Origin: Craspedostauros australis
Lineage: Eukaryota
DNA length: 56,363 nucleotides
Direction: 5' to 3'
Assembly: GCA_030167865.1 (NCBI GenBank)
Contig: JALAGF010003430.1
Location: forward strand, 1-56,363
Positions 44,638-56,363 of the stretch are shown here, piece after piece. Position 1 is the stretch's first letter. The number at the start of each line of letters is the position of its first letter. The notes below the pieces were generated by a model. That model did not search any database, was not told the origin of the DNA, and saw nothing but the letters and a program-made list of their open reading frames with translations. The position numbers were made by a program, and so were the translations under genes.

Positions 44638-47214
44638 ATGGAGATGGAATCCAGTGATGGTGGTGATCTTGCTCAGCAGGCCGTTTTACTGGAAATGCTG
44701 CACAGCAACGGCAACATTGCTGAGGCTCGTTGTGCATCCGACTGCGAGAAGCGGTCCCAAAACCAATTCCCCAGGAGACGGTCACAAGCAAGGCAACGGC
44801 CGTTGAAGCACAAGCACAAGCATCAACACAAGCATCAGCAAGAAACCAAACGACAGCCCAGCATGGAGGAAGCGCAATCAATAGACCAGAGCATCTCGGG
44901 CCGCACACCGGTGCCGCTGCATCGGGCAAGACAACGATGCTTCGATCCTGATACTGACTCAAGCTGCGACCGTGGTCGTCGCCGAGTCCGTCGCACCTGC
45001 TGCATCGATACAAGCATGGACGATGATGATGATCATGGCGATCACGATGCCGTTCTGCAGCTGGTCAGGGAGCAGCTCAACAGAGAAGAGCGTGGATCAT
45101 CTGCGAACAAATCCGCGAGCACCAGCAGCCTCATCTCTCAGACAGAGCCAACGGCTGCGGACTCTGCTCGGCTGTTATCCATGCAATCTGAGGCTGCGGC
45201 GTCAGCAGCATCCCTCAAGGCATCTACCAACACAAACACAAACATAGACACAGGCACAAACATAGGCACAGGCACTGGCAGCACATACAGCACGCTCCGG
45301 GACATCGGCGTGTCATCCAAGACGTCCAAGACCACGGTCACCAAGGAGGTCACCATCTCCACCCTGGCCGGCGACAACTCGATCAACAGCATCAACAGCA
45401 CCAACACCTCCTTCGTCAGCGACATTGGCAGCAGCGGCAGCCTCAACAGCAACATCGACTGCAGCGACGACGGCAGAGACGACCTCCTGCAGACAGCCAG
45501 CGGCGACACGCCCAACTCCATCATCTACGTGCCGCTGCGACAGGACAGCGTGGCCAGCAGCATCAGCGGCTGCGCCAGCAAGACGGAACGCCAGGACAAC
45601 TTGCAACGCACACGGCTCACAAGGTTTCGCAATCAGAGCTCCTCCACCATTGACAGTCAAGCGCACACGCGCCGCAGCCACAGCCGATCCAATACCGCCA
45701 AGTGGATTGCGAGGAATCGCTCCGTCCAGGTTGGCAGCGGCCACGATGGCCGGTCGCATCTCGTTCCGGCCGCAATCCACAATCCGTCCAACGACGTCGA
45801 TCCCATCATCGAGATCCAAGTGCCTTGCGCCTTGGACGACGTGCGGGAGCCCGCAATTGTGCTTTCCGCAAGTGATGATCCGTCACTGGACTGCGCCTCT
45901 TCCACGCGCACGATGGATCTGTGGTTGCAGAATGCGCTGCAATCGGCAAAACCGAAGCGGCGTCGCCGTGATGGTCGCAGGGCGTCGACGATGGACGATG
46001 GTTACAGGGACTTTCTCGATCTGCGTTCGTATCGCCACACGCAGCGCGTTGAGGTCATGGATCGTCCGGAGGTGAATGAAGACTACATGAAGTTTGTCAT
46101 CACGGCGACCAGAGATGTCATTGCGGCTTCTTTGCTGTTGGATGCGCCGCATACGATACATGAAGAAGAACCAACCGGCCGTCGTGTTGTTACTTTTGCG
46201 TGTCCAAGTGAAACAGAAACAAGTCATCGGCGAACGCTGCAGGAGTACGAGCGCAATGTATTTCATCAAGTTGCCGTGATCGAAAGCCACCGCGAAGAAG
46301 ACAGGAGCAGTGTCCAGGAAGACGATGTTGCAACATGTGCCGTTGGAAACGATCAACGCCGAAGCGACAAGACATTTCAGCAGCAATCAGTCCAGCCCGT
46401 GCAATCACTGCCTGCCATTGTTGCAGATACGCATGCCAAGCCTGAAGGAAAGTCAACAAGGCATATTCACAGCAAGACCAAACAACTCAAGCAGAAGAAG
46501 GACGACAAGAAATCCAAGAACGCTGGCGTTACAGAAGGCGATAACATCCACAGCAAGACCAAGAAGATATCGAGGAGTTCACACAGTACCGAGTCGATCA
46601 AGAAGGTCGAGAAGCATTCTCAATCGCGACCGCGCGCCCGATCCAACGGCAAGGCGGCCAGCGATCCACACTCTCCCACCACTGCAAGCAATCGTCGGCC
46701 CGTCGTCATATCCCCGGGCGCCAAGCATCGCTTGATCGCAAGCCCCAGAGAGAGCTACTACGATCCAGACGAATGCACCCAAACCACGACCTCCGAAACC
46801 TACATCAACGAAGACCCCTTTCATGAATCCTTCCAGTCCTACCTCTCCGGCACAGCCAACCAAGTCCATATGAGCCCCGGTGCCTACAGATTCTCACCGT
46901 TCATATCCCCCATGGGAAGAAAGCGCGTCGTGGGCAAAACGCAGTCTCGCAACCGCCATGGCCCAAGCCCGTCGCAGCTCTCTTCGGGATCCAAGACGAA
47001 GGACCGGTTGGGAAACAGAAAGTCGTTCAGCGGTTGGACAATGGACGTCCCTTTCGCACCCGGCACAAAGGATCACACTGCACGGCAACATTTGCCGGCG
47101 GTCTCTTCGCGATCGATTTCCACCGCGGGGACCAATCAGTCCAAAGCGCGCGGAAAGGTCAAGCGGACCAACCGCCATGCCTCCATCGTCATTGCGCCTG
47201 CGCATACTTCGTAA
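44638..47214 (+). CDS. Unknown low-complexity S/T/R-rich protein
   Basis: Long open frame (44269-47214). Probable ATG at 44638 (MEMESSDGG), but the start is uncertain. No domain recognised. Confidence 0.7.
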   Translation: MEMESSDGGDLAQQAVLLEMLHSNGNIAEARCASDCEKRSQNQFPRRRSQARQRPLKHKHKHQHKHQQETKRQPSMEEAQSIDQSISGRTPVPLHRARQRCFDPDTDSSCDRGRRRVRRTCCIDTSMDDDDDHGDHDAVLQLVREQLNREERGSSANKSASTSSLISQTEPTAADSARLLSMQSEAAASAASLKASTNTNTNIDTGTNIGTGTGSTYSTLRDIGVSSKTSKTTVTKEVTISTLAGDNSINSINSTNTSFVSDIGSSGSLNSNIDCSDDGRDDLLQTASGDTPNSIIYVPLRQDSVASSISGCASKTERQDNLQRTRLTRFRNQSSSTIDSQAHTRRSHSRSNTAKWIARNRSVQVGSGHDGRSHLVPAAIHNPSNDVDPIIEIQVPCALDDVREPAIVLSASDDPSLDCASSTRTMDLWLQNALQSAKPKRRRRDGRRASTMDDGYRDFLDLRSYRHTQRVEVMDRPEVNEDYMKFVITATRDVIAASLLLDAPHTIHEEEPTGRRVVTFACPSETETSHRRTLQEYERNVFHQVAVIESHREEDRSSVQEDDVATCAVGNDQRRSDKTFQQQSVQPVQSLPAIVADTHAKPEGKSTRHIHSKTKQLKQKKDDKKSKNAGVTEGDNIHSKTKKISRSSHSTESIKKVEKHSQSRPRARSNGKAASDPHSPTTASNRRPVVISPGAKHRLIASPRESYYDPDECTQTTTSETYINEDPFHESFQSYLSGTANQVHMSPGAYRFSPFISPMGRKRVVGKTQSRNRHGPSPSQLSSGSKTKDRLGNRKSFSGWTMDVPFAPGTKDHTARQHLPAVSSRSISTAGTNQSKARGKVKRTNRHASIVIAPAHTS

Positions 47215-48532
47215 CAATATCGTAGAATAGAATAGGACAGTAGTGCCGTGGTATTTGGACTGATGGCAGAGTAGAGCACGAGCAGTTGTGCTCCCGGAAC
47301 GTTGGGCGTTGGGGGGAGCCACCCGAATAACACCGTATCGGCAGCAACAGGCAATGTGCCGTGGATGCATTGGTACCATACTCTTATTGTCGTGCCATAC
47401 CATGCCATGCTTCTTGGATGACTGTTGGTGACTGTTGGTGCGAGGATTGTGTTTGTCTGCACGCCTCCGTGCCTCGTCTCTGTTCATGTTCATCCTTCGC
47501 AGAAACATTGGCAATTGCATGTGCCTCCGTGCGACTCCTCAATCGCTGAAAAGCGCGGCCCTTCATGAACCGTCTCCGTTGATTCGCTTGCAATGTCTCA
47601 CATGGTGTTCAATGTGGACACTCGCCAGAAGCGTGATGTGATGTGCATGCCATGCTTGCATACTTATGACATGGATGGATGGATGGATGATCAGTGGAAG
47701 CATGAGATGGACTACTCCACTCTGCCCTGCTCCAGTCTGCTGTGCATCAAGACGTTGCACACAACATGCATCGCGCCAAAAGCGAGGACACGGCGAAGCA
47801 AAGCGGACACAGTGAAGGAATTGTGAGGTTGGCGGCTCCTCCTGAAATCACGACTGGAAGGCACGATCAATATCCATGACTTGAAGAATTCAGCGACAGG
47901 AAGTTGCCACATGCAACACGCGAGCGTGTGCCCGCACGATTCGTTATAATTAACCGCTCGCACACAAAGATTCCTAAGTGCGACGTGTCACTGGTGTCCA
48001 ACATGGGCTAAACCTTTTCCGGGAATGCGCCATGCCAACACAAATCCTTTGCTTCCGAGTGTCGTGAATCACATGATGATGAAACAATCCGAACGGGAAA
48101 AATCCCACCAAGATCAGACCAACCCACAGAGAGGCATCGTGATGAAGAGCGCATTGAGCATCAACAGGAACAAGAGGAGCAAGAACAGGGGCATTGGAGG
48201 GGCGCGAACAGCAGCATTGAAACGTGGAGGGAGACAGAGAACAGCCCATGCCATACAAATACCAACACTCCACTATTGCTCCACCATTGCTCCACCATTA
48301 CTCCACAGCACACAAGCAGCAGCATTGACGACAACGAGGAAGACAAGGGAGGCAAGGAAGACGAAAAACAAGAGGCAGACAAAGCCTGCGAGAGCTTCTG
48401 GGGAACGATCATCATCATTCTCATTGACAAGCACTCACAAGCATTGACGAGCATTCACAAACCCAGCCTCCACCCAACTTCATAGACAAGGACGAGAAGA
48501 ACTTCCGCTTGCGACGCTTTCGACTCTTGTGA

Positions 48533-48576
48533 CGATTCATACCATCGATTCATACCATCGATTCATACCATCGATT
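48533..48576. repeat. 13-bp tandem repeat (CGATTCATACCAT) x3 plus a partial copy
   Basis: Three exact copies at 48533, 48546 and 48559, followed by CGATT; ~200 nt upstream of the 48766 ATG. Confidence 0.95.
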
Positions 48577-48765
48577 GGTTGATACCATCAACTGGGCAGG
48601 TCGCACTTCCAGAGGCACCTCTGCCATCAAGGATCGCAGCAACAGCAACAGCAACTCCTCCATCACGAGCCTACCAACAGAGAGAACGCATCCTCTACCT
48701 CACTCCGCCTGACTCCACCTGACTCTACCTTACCGCACTCTACCACAGAGTCAACAACGTCCACC

Positions 48766-51700
48766 ATGAATCACTACAGCAAGCTGATGCAACGATCACC
48801 GGCCAAGGGTCCAGCGGTTGCCACAAGGACGATCACAGTCGGGACATCGGCGACGGCAACCACGGCTGCGACTAGCACGGCCAACAGCACCTCGGGGGGC
48901 ACCAGTTACGACATGAGCAACATCAATAGCGACTTCAGCGGCGATGCAAACGGCGACACCAACGGCTTCAACTGCTATCAGACAGCAAGCGCAAACACCT
49001 CGGCTAAGAACAGCCCCATCGCAGTCAAAACCGACGCAGACGGGCTGCTCCATGACCTCGTCATGCCTGTCAATCCTGATGACCCTGCCAACCTCAAGAT
49101 GTCCGCGGAAGAAAAGGCGGAACGAGAGAGGAAGCAACGCAGGCAAGGGGCCATGGCCATTGGCGATCCGGTGCAAAATAGGGTCGCGGCCTACCTCACG
49201 GCCACGGCATCGTCAGGCTGCAACGGGTACGCAGCATACGATGGCCATGCCTCGGCATCGTCCTCGTCCGCAGGCTCGCCTCTGCACGCAAGTCGGTTCG
49301 CTGTCATATCGAGCGGCAGCTCCTCCTTTGACAATGACGATCCGGAGGAAACTATCGCAGCACTGGCTGCGTTTCAGCACAAGGGCAGCAACGGCAACCT
49401 ATCGCCGACCTTCGCAACGCCCGCTTCTTTGTTTCCAGCGGCAGCGTCATCGGGATTGGCGTCAGCTCCAGCATCCGCATCGAAACCATCACGCGCGAGC
49501 GCTCCTGGACACAGGAAGTGCAAGAGCACGTCGGAGGTTGGCGCATTTTACATGCCGGGCGCGTTCGATGGCGCCGCGAGGACGAAGGGCATGGAATCTT
49601 CAACGACCGACGATGGCGGTGATGCCTGCGCCGTTCCACCGCCGGTGCCATCGCGCGTCCATTCGGCAAAGACCGCCTTGGCAGCATCCAGCGGTGATTC
49701 CATCTCCACCTCGACGCCCAACCCCATCCAGCTGCAGAGAAATAGAGATTTCGCGATGGCCGTGCGTCCCGGTGCCGTCCATATGCCCGGCAGACCGAAT
49801 CCGCATCCGTCGGTAAGGCGCAGCGAGACGCACGGCCATCGCACACCCACGAGCACACCGGGACAGGTCCAGACACAGCAACCTCGGCATCGCCGATCGC
49901 GGTCTGCATCAAGCCACGGCATGCCCGAAGCATTTGATGGTGACGCCAGCGGGCTGTCCTTCGGAATGCCTGCCAGCGGCGCAAATAACAACAACAACAA
50001 CAACAACTCCTATTGCGAAACCTCGGAGGATAGCGATGATTGCGACGACGATAACAATGGTGATGACGGCAACAACAATGAAGAAGACGTCGACGACGAT
50101 GGCTCCTTCAGCTATGCTGAGGAAATGGACGATGATCATGACGACGACAACAATAACAACAACATCGGCATCAACAGCAGCAACCACAACAGCAACCACA
50201 GTCGAAACAACCCAGCTCGCGGGCACCGACGTGCTGCCAGCCTTGACGGGGCCACTTCGGGCGTCTTTGGCAGTGACAACACCAGCGCCATCTTCGCTGA
50301 CCATCTATCGCAAGGATTCACATCTAGTCACAGCCGCAGTCGGAACGATGTCGGCTCCGATCACTTCAGCGCGTCCTCACACCCATTGATGACGGCGGCA
50401 GCGACAGCGGCAGCACCATCCCTGACGGAGCATCTCGTCGTCGCGGCGGAACTTTCACCACCCGATCTCAACGCAAACACCTCGGCTGCCATCCTCACCG
50501 AATCGGAGGTCGAGGCCCGTGTGCGTAGGAAGATCTTCCTCGAGGCCGCGCAGGCCCAGGTCGTCTCCGTCGATCCGCAGCACTTGACGGAGAACAGCTC
50601 CACCAACTCGTCACAGAACAAACGACCCGGCACTCCCCACGCCGTTGCGATCCAAGAGCTGTCGCAGGAGGCCAAGAGAATCGCAGAGTTCAAGGCGCTG
50701 CACAGGCACAGGACGATCCGGGAGAAGGTGTTCGGCAACGCGAGGTCGCAGCAGGCCATCGACATCAGCGCGACGCCCGAGTGCATCCGAAAACGCACGA
50801 CGTTGAAATGGACGGTGCGACGCAACCCAGCCACCAATCTGTGGGTCACCGCGATCCACACCAACCAGAAAGCGTTGGAAAAGTACGATGTCGCAGAGCT
50901 AGAGCGGAGCGTGGTCAACTACTCGGCCGTCACCCAGAAGGAGGCATTGGAGATCGGTCAGGCCATGGCCAAACCGAAGATGCTACGCTACGCCGACAAC
51001 CCAATCTGCTTCGTCTGCCGCGACAAGTTCGCCCTCTTGCGACGTCCATCACATTGCAGGAACTGCGGAGTCTGCATCTGCAACGCCTGCATCGTCCACT
51101 GGCCCTCCAAGATGGTGCCGGAAACGTTCCACAAGAAGAGGAGCACCGAGAGCGGCCCGGCACCGGGAACGCGCTCTGTCAAAGTGTGCTTGGCATGCGA
51201 TTGGCTGGCCACGTGCTTCCGAGAAGCCCTGCAGGAAGGCAATTACGACACCGCGGTGGATCTGTACGCAACGGGCAACATCAATCTGCGACAACCGCTG
51301 GCGAATGTCAAGAAAAGCGAAGTACTGTAAGTGAGGCTGTGTGCGTGTGGGTGTGGGTGTGGGTGTGGGTGTGGGTGTGTGGATGCGAGCACAGGCGCGA
51401 TGTACATATCGCTGTGTCTTGGTTTGTCATTCCAATCCAGCAGTGTTGCTATTGACACGGCGACTTCTCACTCTCCCAAACTCTCCTCCATTCATAATGC
51501 CAAATCCTGCACTTCTCGACTCGACTCCACATCACTATTCACGTTGCAGGTATCCAATCCATGCGGCAATTCTTGGAGGCAATCTCAGATTAGTCCAGTG
51601 GCTGACAAACGCCCACTGCGTTCCACTCCGACACGCCGACAAGGGTGGCAACCAGCCCAATCTGCGCCTCAAGCGCAACAAGGAAGGACCCGTCCGAACG

Positions 51701-52081
51701 AGCAGGGGAAAGTCGGCGCTGCAACTGGCAATGGAGCACAACAAGATGGAGATCATTTGCCATCTCGTTGCGGAACGGCAGATGACGTTCTCTGACGAAC
51801 GGGAGTTCAAGGATGTCGGCACGCTGGTCACCTTCGCGGAGTCGTTGGTGAAGATGCTGCCCAACAACTTCTTCGAGAAGGAGCGACCAAACCGCATCGA
51901 AGGCACGACACTGCCTGCGTCACCGGAAGGTGCGTCTGCAGAAGACCTTGTGGCCCCGATCCACGCTATGCCCAACATGTCCCCGCCCTCACCAATCTTA
52001 TCGCAGGGCACCGCGTTCCCCTCGGACGTATCCTCCCTCGGCCCGTCCGCATCACAAGCTGGCAGAAGGGGCAGCTTCTGA
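48766..52081 (+). CDS. FYVE-type zinc-finger protein with a C-terminal ankyrin-like segment; join(48766..51326,51550..52081)
   Basis: CFVCRDKFALLRRPSHCRNCGVCICNAC...VKVCLAC (8 Cys). The GTAAGT (51327)...TGCAG (51549) intron joins SEVL|YPIHAAILGGNLRLVQWL and GKSALQLAMEHNKMEIICHLV (ankyrin-like). Confidence 0.88.
51349..51378 (+). repeat. (GGGTGT)5 hexamer repeat in the FYVE-gene intron
   Basis: Five GGG tracts at 51349, 51355, 51361, 51367 and 51373. Confidence 0.9.
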
Positions 52082-52846
52082 CAATTAGATGAGGCATGAA
52101 GCGATCCGCAATGACGACAACCACGACATCGCCTTGCTTCGTTTCGCATCGTTTCATGCTGATGATCCCGTTTTCATTTTCACCTCCATTTGGAAGTTCC
52201 GACAGGAACCGACGATGCTCATTCCCATGCACCACACCAACAAGCCAATCAGGCAAGCGATGAGATCGCCATGTGCGAATCGTGCGGATTGGATTGTCAT
52301 TAACAATCCGCGCACCGCACATGGCGCACGAGACAGCACGTTATCGAAGCTTGCTCGTGTCTCAACGTGACAAACAAGAAGCTGGACGACCTTCTTTGAA
52401 TCGATTGCATCGATGCAAAGAGACGTCGTCTGTTCTTTCTTTGATGTCATTCCAACCATCGCCACAGGTGTTGTCAATACAAGTGCTCGAACATTCGAGT
52501 ACACCACGTAGAGCATGTAAAGCCGAATGAGAGAATGTGTGCATACTAGTATGTATAATACATGCAATAATATCCGTAGCTGCGACCACTGCGTAGTATC
52601 ATATCATAATAATAATACAACACAATACCACAAAGTACATGAGACCAATAGGAATGTTACCATACTCTCGAGACATTACAGGCTGCACTACTTGTCGAGT
52701 CAGGGAGTATTGCATCATTGTTGGGGATGGTACCTATGTGTGGTGGAATATTTGTGCATGGTGCTTTGCTATGGTTCATCTTTACATGTGGTTTGTGCAG
52801 GTTCGAATGTCGCAAGTTTGCTTGGTTGGCAGCAATCCTCACGCGT

Positions 52847-54436
52847 TCACACCTCGATTCCCGGCCGCCGCAACGAACTCTCCTTGCAGGAGGCGTCTGG
52901 TGCCGCAACGTGCGAAGGTGGACAAGCGTGCTGCAACATATCCTCGATCTCATTCCAATCCTCCGTCGTCCACACCGTGTTGCACCGTTGCTCACAAGAT
53001 TGTGGTCGCTGTGAGAGAGGCAAAAGCTGGATATCCCACAGCTCCGCCATGCCCGATGCGCTCTGCGATCCGCCGATGAGGATGCCGATATCCGCCTCGA
53101 GCAAGGCCAGGAGGTCGGTGGAGGAATCGCCGATGTAGACCACGAAGCCCTCGTCGCGTCTCACTTTGGCGATGCACTCTCTTTTCGAAATCGCTCCGGG
53201 AACTGAAGCAACACGACATGGTTGTGGGTTGTGTGTTGCGGTTGGTTCGTTGGTTGAGTATGTAAGCAGTGGAAGGTGGTGGCAGTGTAAGTTGGTTGGT
53301 TGATCGAGAGATGGTAAGCAGCTTGTTTGAGTGCAGTACGGTCTATGACAGTTGGCGTGATTGGCAGTCATTCATCCACAAATTCACGGACCATCCCAAA
53401 AATGACCATCACGAAATAAAACGGCGAACTCGAGACGGCATCAAGTCCATGACATGAGTATGTACCCCACTCCATCCGATCCGCCCCATTTTATGAACAA
53501 AAGCGATAGCACCAATAGTAGCAAACAAAGCGCCAATGATGACAGCAACAGCGACATACCATCCAGCGTAATCTTGCCATCCGCATCCAACCCGTTGCAC
53601 CACACATCGAAATGAGGGGCACCGGCAGACACCGCCTGATCTTGAATCATAATTTCTATGGGATGAATGAGGACGGCATCAATGAGGGAACGGCACCAGT
53701 TGATGCTGAGGACTCCGAGGTTCCATCCAGAATGATGCGCGCCGGCGACGACTCTCGCGCAGTTGTCCCTGAGTTGGAGGGCGTCTCTGAATTGGACATC
53801 GGACGTATCGATGAGCTGGCGCATCTCGAGCTTCTCCTGCGGCAGTCCAGCGAGGCAACCGGACTGGCTGACGCGTTTGGTGACGTGCGTCGAGACGTCG
53901 TCCAGCGCATCGAGCGCGGCGTCGAGCGTGGTGAAGGAAGCGCTGTTGTCGGCAGGGTGCGGTTCTGCGTTGAGATCGCTCTGCGACCTCGTGAGGATGG
54001 TGTCCTTCAATTGGCCGTAGAGATCGAAGTACTCCTGCTGGTGAAGCAAGAAGTTGGACATGCGCTGTTCGCGCACAGAGACATCGTCGTTGGCATGTAT
54101 CGATGCCAGTTGCGGCAGCACGGAGACGGTGTCCTTCATTGTGCAGGTGCCGTCGAAGTCCAAGATGAGATGCATCTTGGTTGCTCTCCGTGGTGCGTTG
54201 TCTCGCGAGGCGCCTTGCGAAGTGCCTTGCTTTGATGGCTTGGATGCCGTGTTGCCAGAGCTTGCGTTGGAGCACGAGTTCTCGAGCGGGACCATGTTGG
54301 TGCTGGTGAGTGGAGCCTGCGTCGGAATGGTGGGCCTGGATGAAGCTGGGATCGCGAACGGCGCAACCGATGGAATGACACTTAGCAGTAGCAGAAGGAG
54401 CAGCACTTGAGGAGCCACGAGGCGTTCAGAGGGCAT
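52847..54436 (-). CDS. HAD-superfamily phosphatase resembling the thiamine-monophosphate phosphatase (TH2-type) HAD domain, with an N-terminal signal peptide; complement(join(52847..53202,53560..54436))
   Basis: HAD motif I LILDFDGTCT..DT, motif II VLSINW, motif IV VYIGDSSTDLLALLEADIGI, and C-terminal WNEI. The GTATGT (53559)...TTCAG (53203) intron is in frame. Presequence VLLLLLLLSVIPSVAP-FAIP. Product ~410 aa. Confidence 0.85.
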
Positions 54437-56363
54437 CTGATGAGCCGTTTGGATGAACTCTTGATGCGATGGGCTGGGATGGGCGTCGGTTGATGTTGCT
54501 TCACTTCGGAATGTCACGAGATCTCAGCTTTTGTCTCTGTTGTGCCACTGCTCTTGCTGTTGCTGTTGCTGTGCTCTCGATCTTCTTAAAGTACTTGTGT
54601 CATGCATCTACATCCACATCCACATCCACATCGATTGCTTCGTCTTCGTCTGGTGGGTGTTTGAATTGCGATGTGACAATGCAAACGAGAACAGTCGTCA
54701 CGATTGCTGCGTCGTCGCCATGTCATTTCTTGGCGAAACATCCGGTTGGAACCAACTGATGTGGCACGCGCCAAAACTGTGGTGATGTGGCGCTTCGCGT
54801 GACAGCGTCACCCACGTTGTGTCGTGTTGCTGTGCGTCCAATCGAGTCATGTGCAATCGTGGCTCAAGTGTGTGGTCTTGTCTTGTGGAGTCGTTCGAAT
54901 CGTTGACAATACGGTCGAAGTGATCGTTCATTGATTTGGTTTTGGCCGTGATTGTAGTAGCATGTGGGATCGGGGCTAGACAGAGAGAGGCATTGCGAAC
55001 ACGGAATCCTCCTCCTTTGCTGGCGCGAAACCGCATCTTTCCATCGCCACACTTCGTCACGAACATCGTGAATCGGGAAGTGCGAATCGAGAAGTGTGAA
55101 CCGCCACACAAGAACACGTACGTAGTCTGCGAGCGTATCCGAAGCAAACTTTGTGAACCATCCGTCGCAGTTCTTGTTCCAGGTTGGTCACAGAACGCAG
55201 ACGCGGATGATGTGCGTGTGTGTCGCGACCAACAATACGTGTGCTTGTGAAGAACAGTGCTCTGCTACCTCTTGTGGAGTCCTCGACCACACCTGATCTT
55301 GGCGTGATTGATGTGTCTGTCTGCCTTTTATCTACACTTCCTCCTCCCACTTTGTTCGTGAGTTTCGTCATCGTCGGACCATCTCGTGGCAGAGTGAAGG
55401 GGCGGAAGCTGGTTTAGTTTGGATGTGGTGGCGCTGTCCTTGATTCGAAACCGATCACGCATGTGCTGCCACAACGTATTCGGTCTCTGCCACGAGCGTC
55501 CTCGTGTTGTCTTCGGATTTGGTGTGTTGCCAAGTGCAGCAAACCACCGTTCTACCTCTACCTACCCTCACCGTATCAGGTTTCTACTTCAAGAATATCA
55601 CATCTATCCACACGTCTGGTTGGACCCGGTCCACATCTTCGACACGAGAAACCTCGTCGGACAGGAAAGAACGGTTGTCCAGATGTTCATGATGATTTGA
55701 GCTAATGGAGGACTAGACGGCATCGAATCATGAGATGCAAATGTTCCTGTGTCTTTGGCCTTCGGTGTCGACTCTCGCTTGCCGGGGGCTGCGTTCACTT
55801 CGGGCTCGGGTCTGCACCCTTGTCCCTCCCGTCGTCCCTGGCCTTCGTCGTCAATCGTCTGCCGATAGGTATTGCGATACACATTATGAGCCCCTCGAGC
55901 GAGTCGACCAACTGTTTGAAATGAACTTCCATACTTTTTTCCTCCGATTTAAAAACTAAGCATATAATCGCAATCCTCATAGATCTAAAACATATAATGA
56001 TCCATTTCGGTTCTGCTATTGCTCCTATTTTATGTTTTATGGACCGATGGATGTGCATATTTTCCGATCTCTTTCGGGTTTCAGCCCTTTGGCTACGACT
56101 ACATCGATCCAACTTAACCCTTTGCTGTTCTTCGTTTCAGCAAGTTTGTTCCGATTTTGAATTGTTTAGTCTCTTTTTGAGGTGTTCCGATGAGACCATC
56201 CCACACCTCCTCCACGATAGCGCTAGTTGTAGAGTTTGGGGAGAAGCGGCGATTTTGCATTTACATCCATTCTACCCTCTGTTTGCCTGATCCGTCATCT
56301 ACGTCACCAACCTGGCTACTGCGTCATGAAATACCAATCACAGCACGATGTGAATCATCCTTG

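Noticed and set aside
48533-48576. Possible CRISPR-like array
   Set aside because: The repeats are contiguous with no spacers, there are no cas genes and the context is eukaryotic.
14687-51330. Several ORFs ending in a TAA inside GTAAGT (14688, 18943, 43410, 51328)
   Set aside because: This is the expected result of phase-2 introns with the consensus donor, not a special recoding mechanism.
52795-52820. GGTTCGAAT T-loop-like sequence (also GGTTCGA at ~4970)
   Set aside because: No flanking T-stem or cloverleaf pairing; not a tRNA.
53441-53559. Hydrophobic TM-like tail (MSLLLSSLALCLLLLVLSLLF) on the HAD ORF
   Set aside because: It is intron read-through. HAD motif IV is in the downstream exon, so this tail would truncate the enzyme.
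4830-54631. Scattered penta- and hexanucleotide microsatellites (AGAGT ~4830, TTCTGA ~19571, TCGTGC ~21010, GGACT/GAGTC ~25810, CATTC/CATTG ~29715, CACATC ~54611)
   Set aside because: Ordinary slippage repeats, common throughout this genome's non-coding DNA.
52300-55400. TPP riboswitch near the thiamine-related HAD gene
   Set aside because: I found no correctly ordered CTGAGA...ACCTGA...AGGGA aptamer core by eye. An Infernal RF00059 scan would be decisive.

Overview
Eukaryotic nuclear DNA, most likely from a diatom. This is inferred from bipartite 'ASAFAP'-type plastid presequences, a CBA1-family gene, an EF-hand-containing KEA antiporter, short GT-AG introns and microsatellite-rich spacers. 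About 16 genes are supportable. From left to right: a plastid sigma-70 factor running off the left edge (absent from the ORF track), an unknown 848-aa ORF with an ITFG2-like C-terminus, EMC6, FCF1/UTP24, a small acidic Cys-motif protein, a tail-anchored low-complexity protein, a ~1405-aa cysteine desulfurase + GYF_2-like + TtcA fusion, a P-x-x-P-x-R repeat protein, a plastid K+/H+ antiporter with EF-hands, a plastid FAD-dependent oxidoreductase, an unknown protein, a CBA1-like cobalamin acquisition protein with a mucin/GPI-like tail, two low-complexity proteins, a FYVE-finger protein and a stand-alone TH2-like HAD phosphatase. I recognised no tRNA, rRNA, CRISPR array or intact transposon. The most notable item is the apparently cytosolic, self-contained sulfur-relay fusion (PLP desulfurase joined to a TtcA-type tRNA thiolase). 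It hints at 2-thiocytidine-type RNA modification in a eukaryote. All family assignments come from motif recognition by eye; no searches were run.
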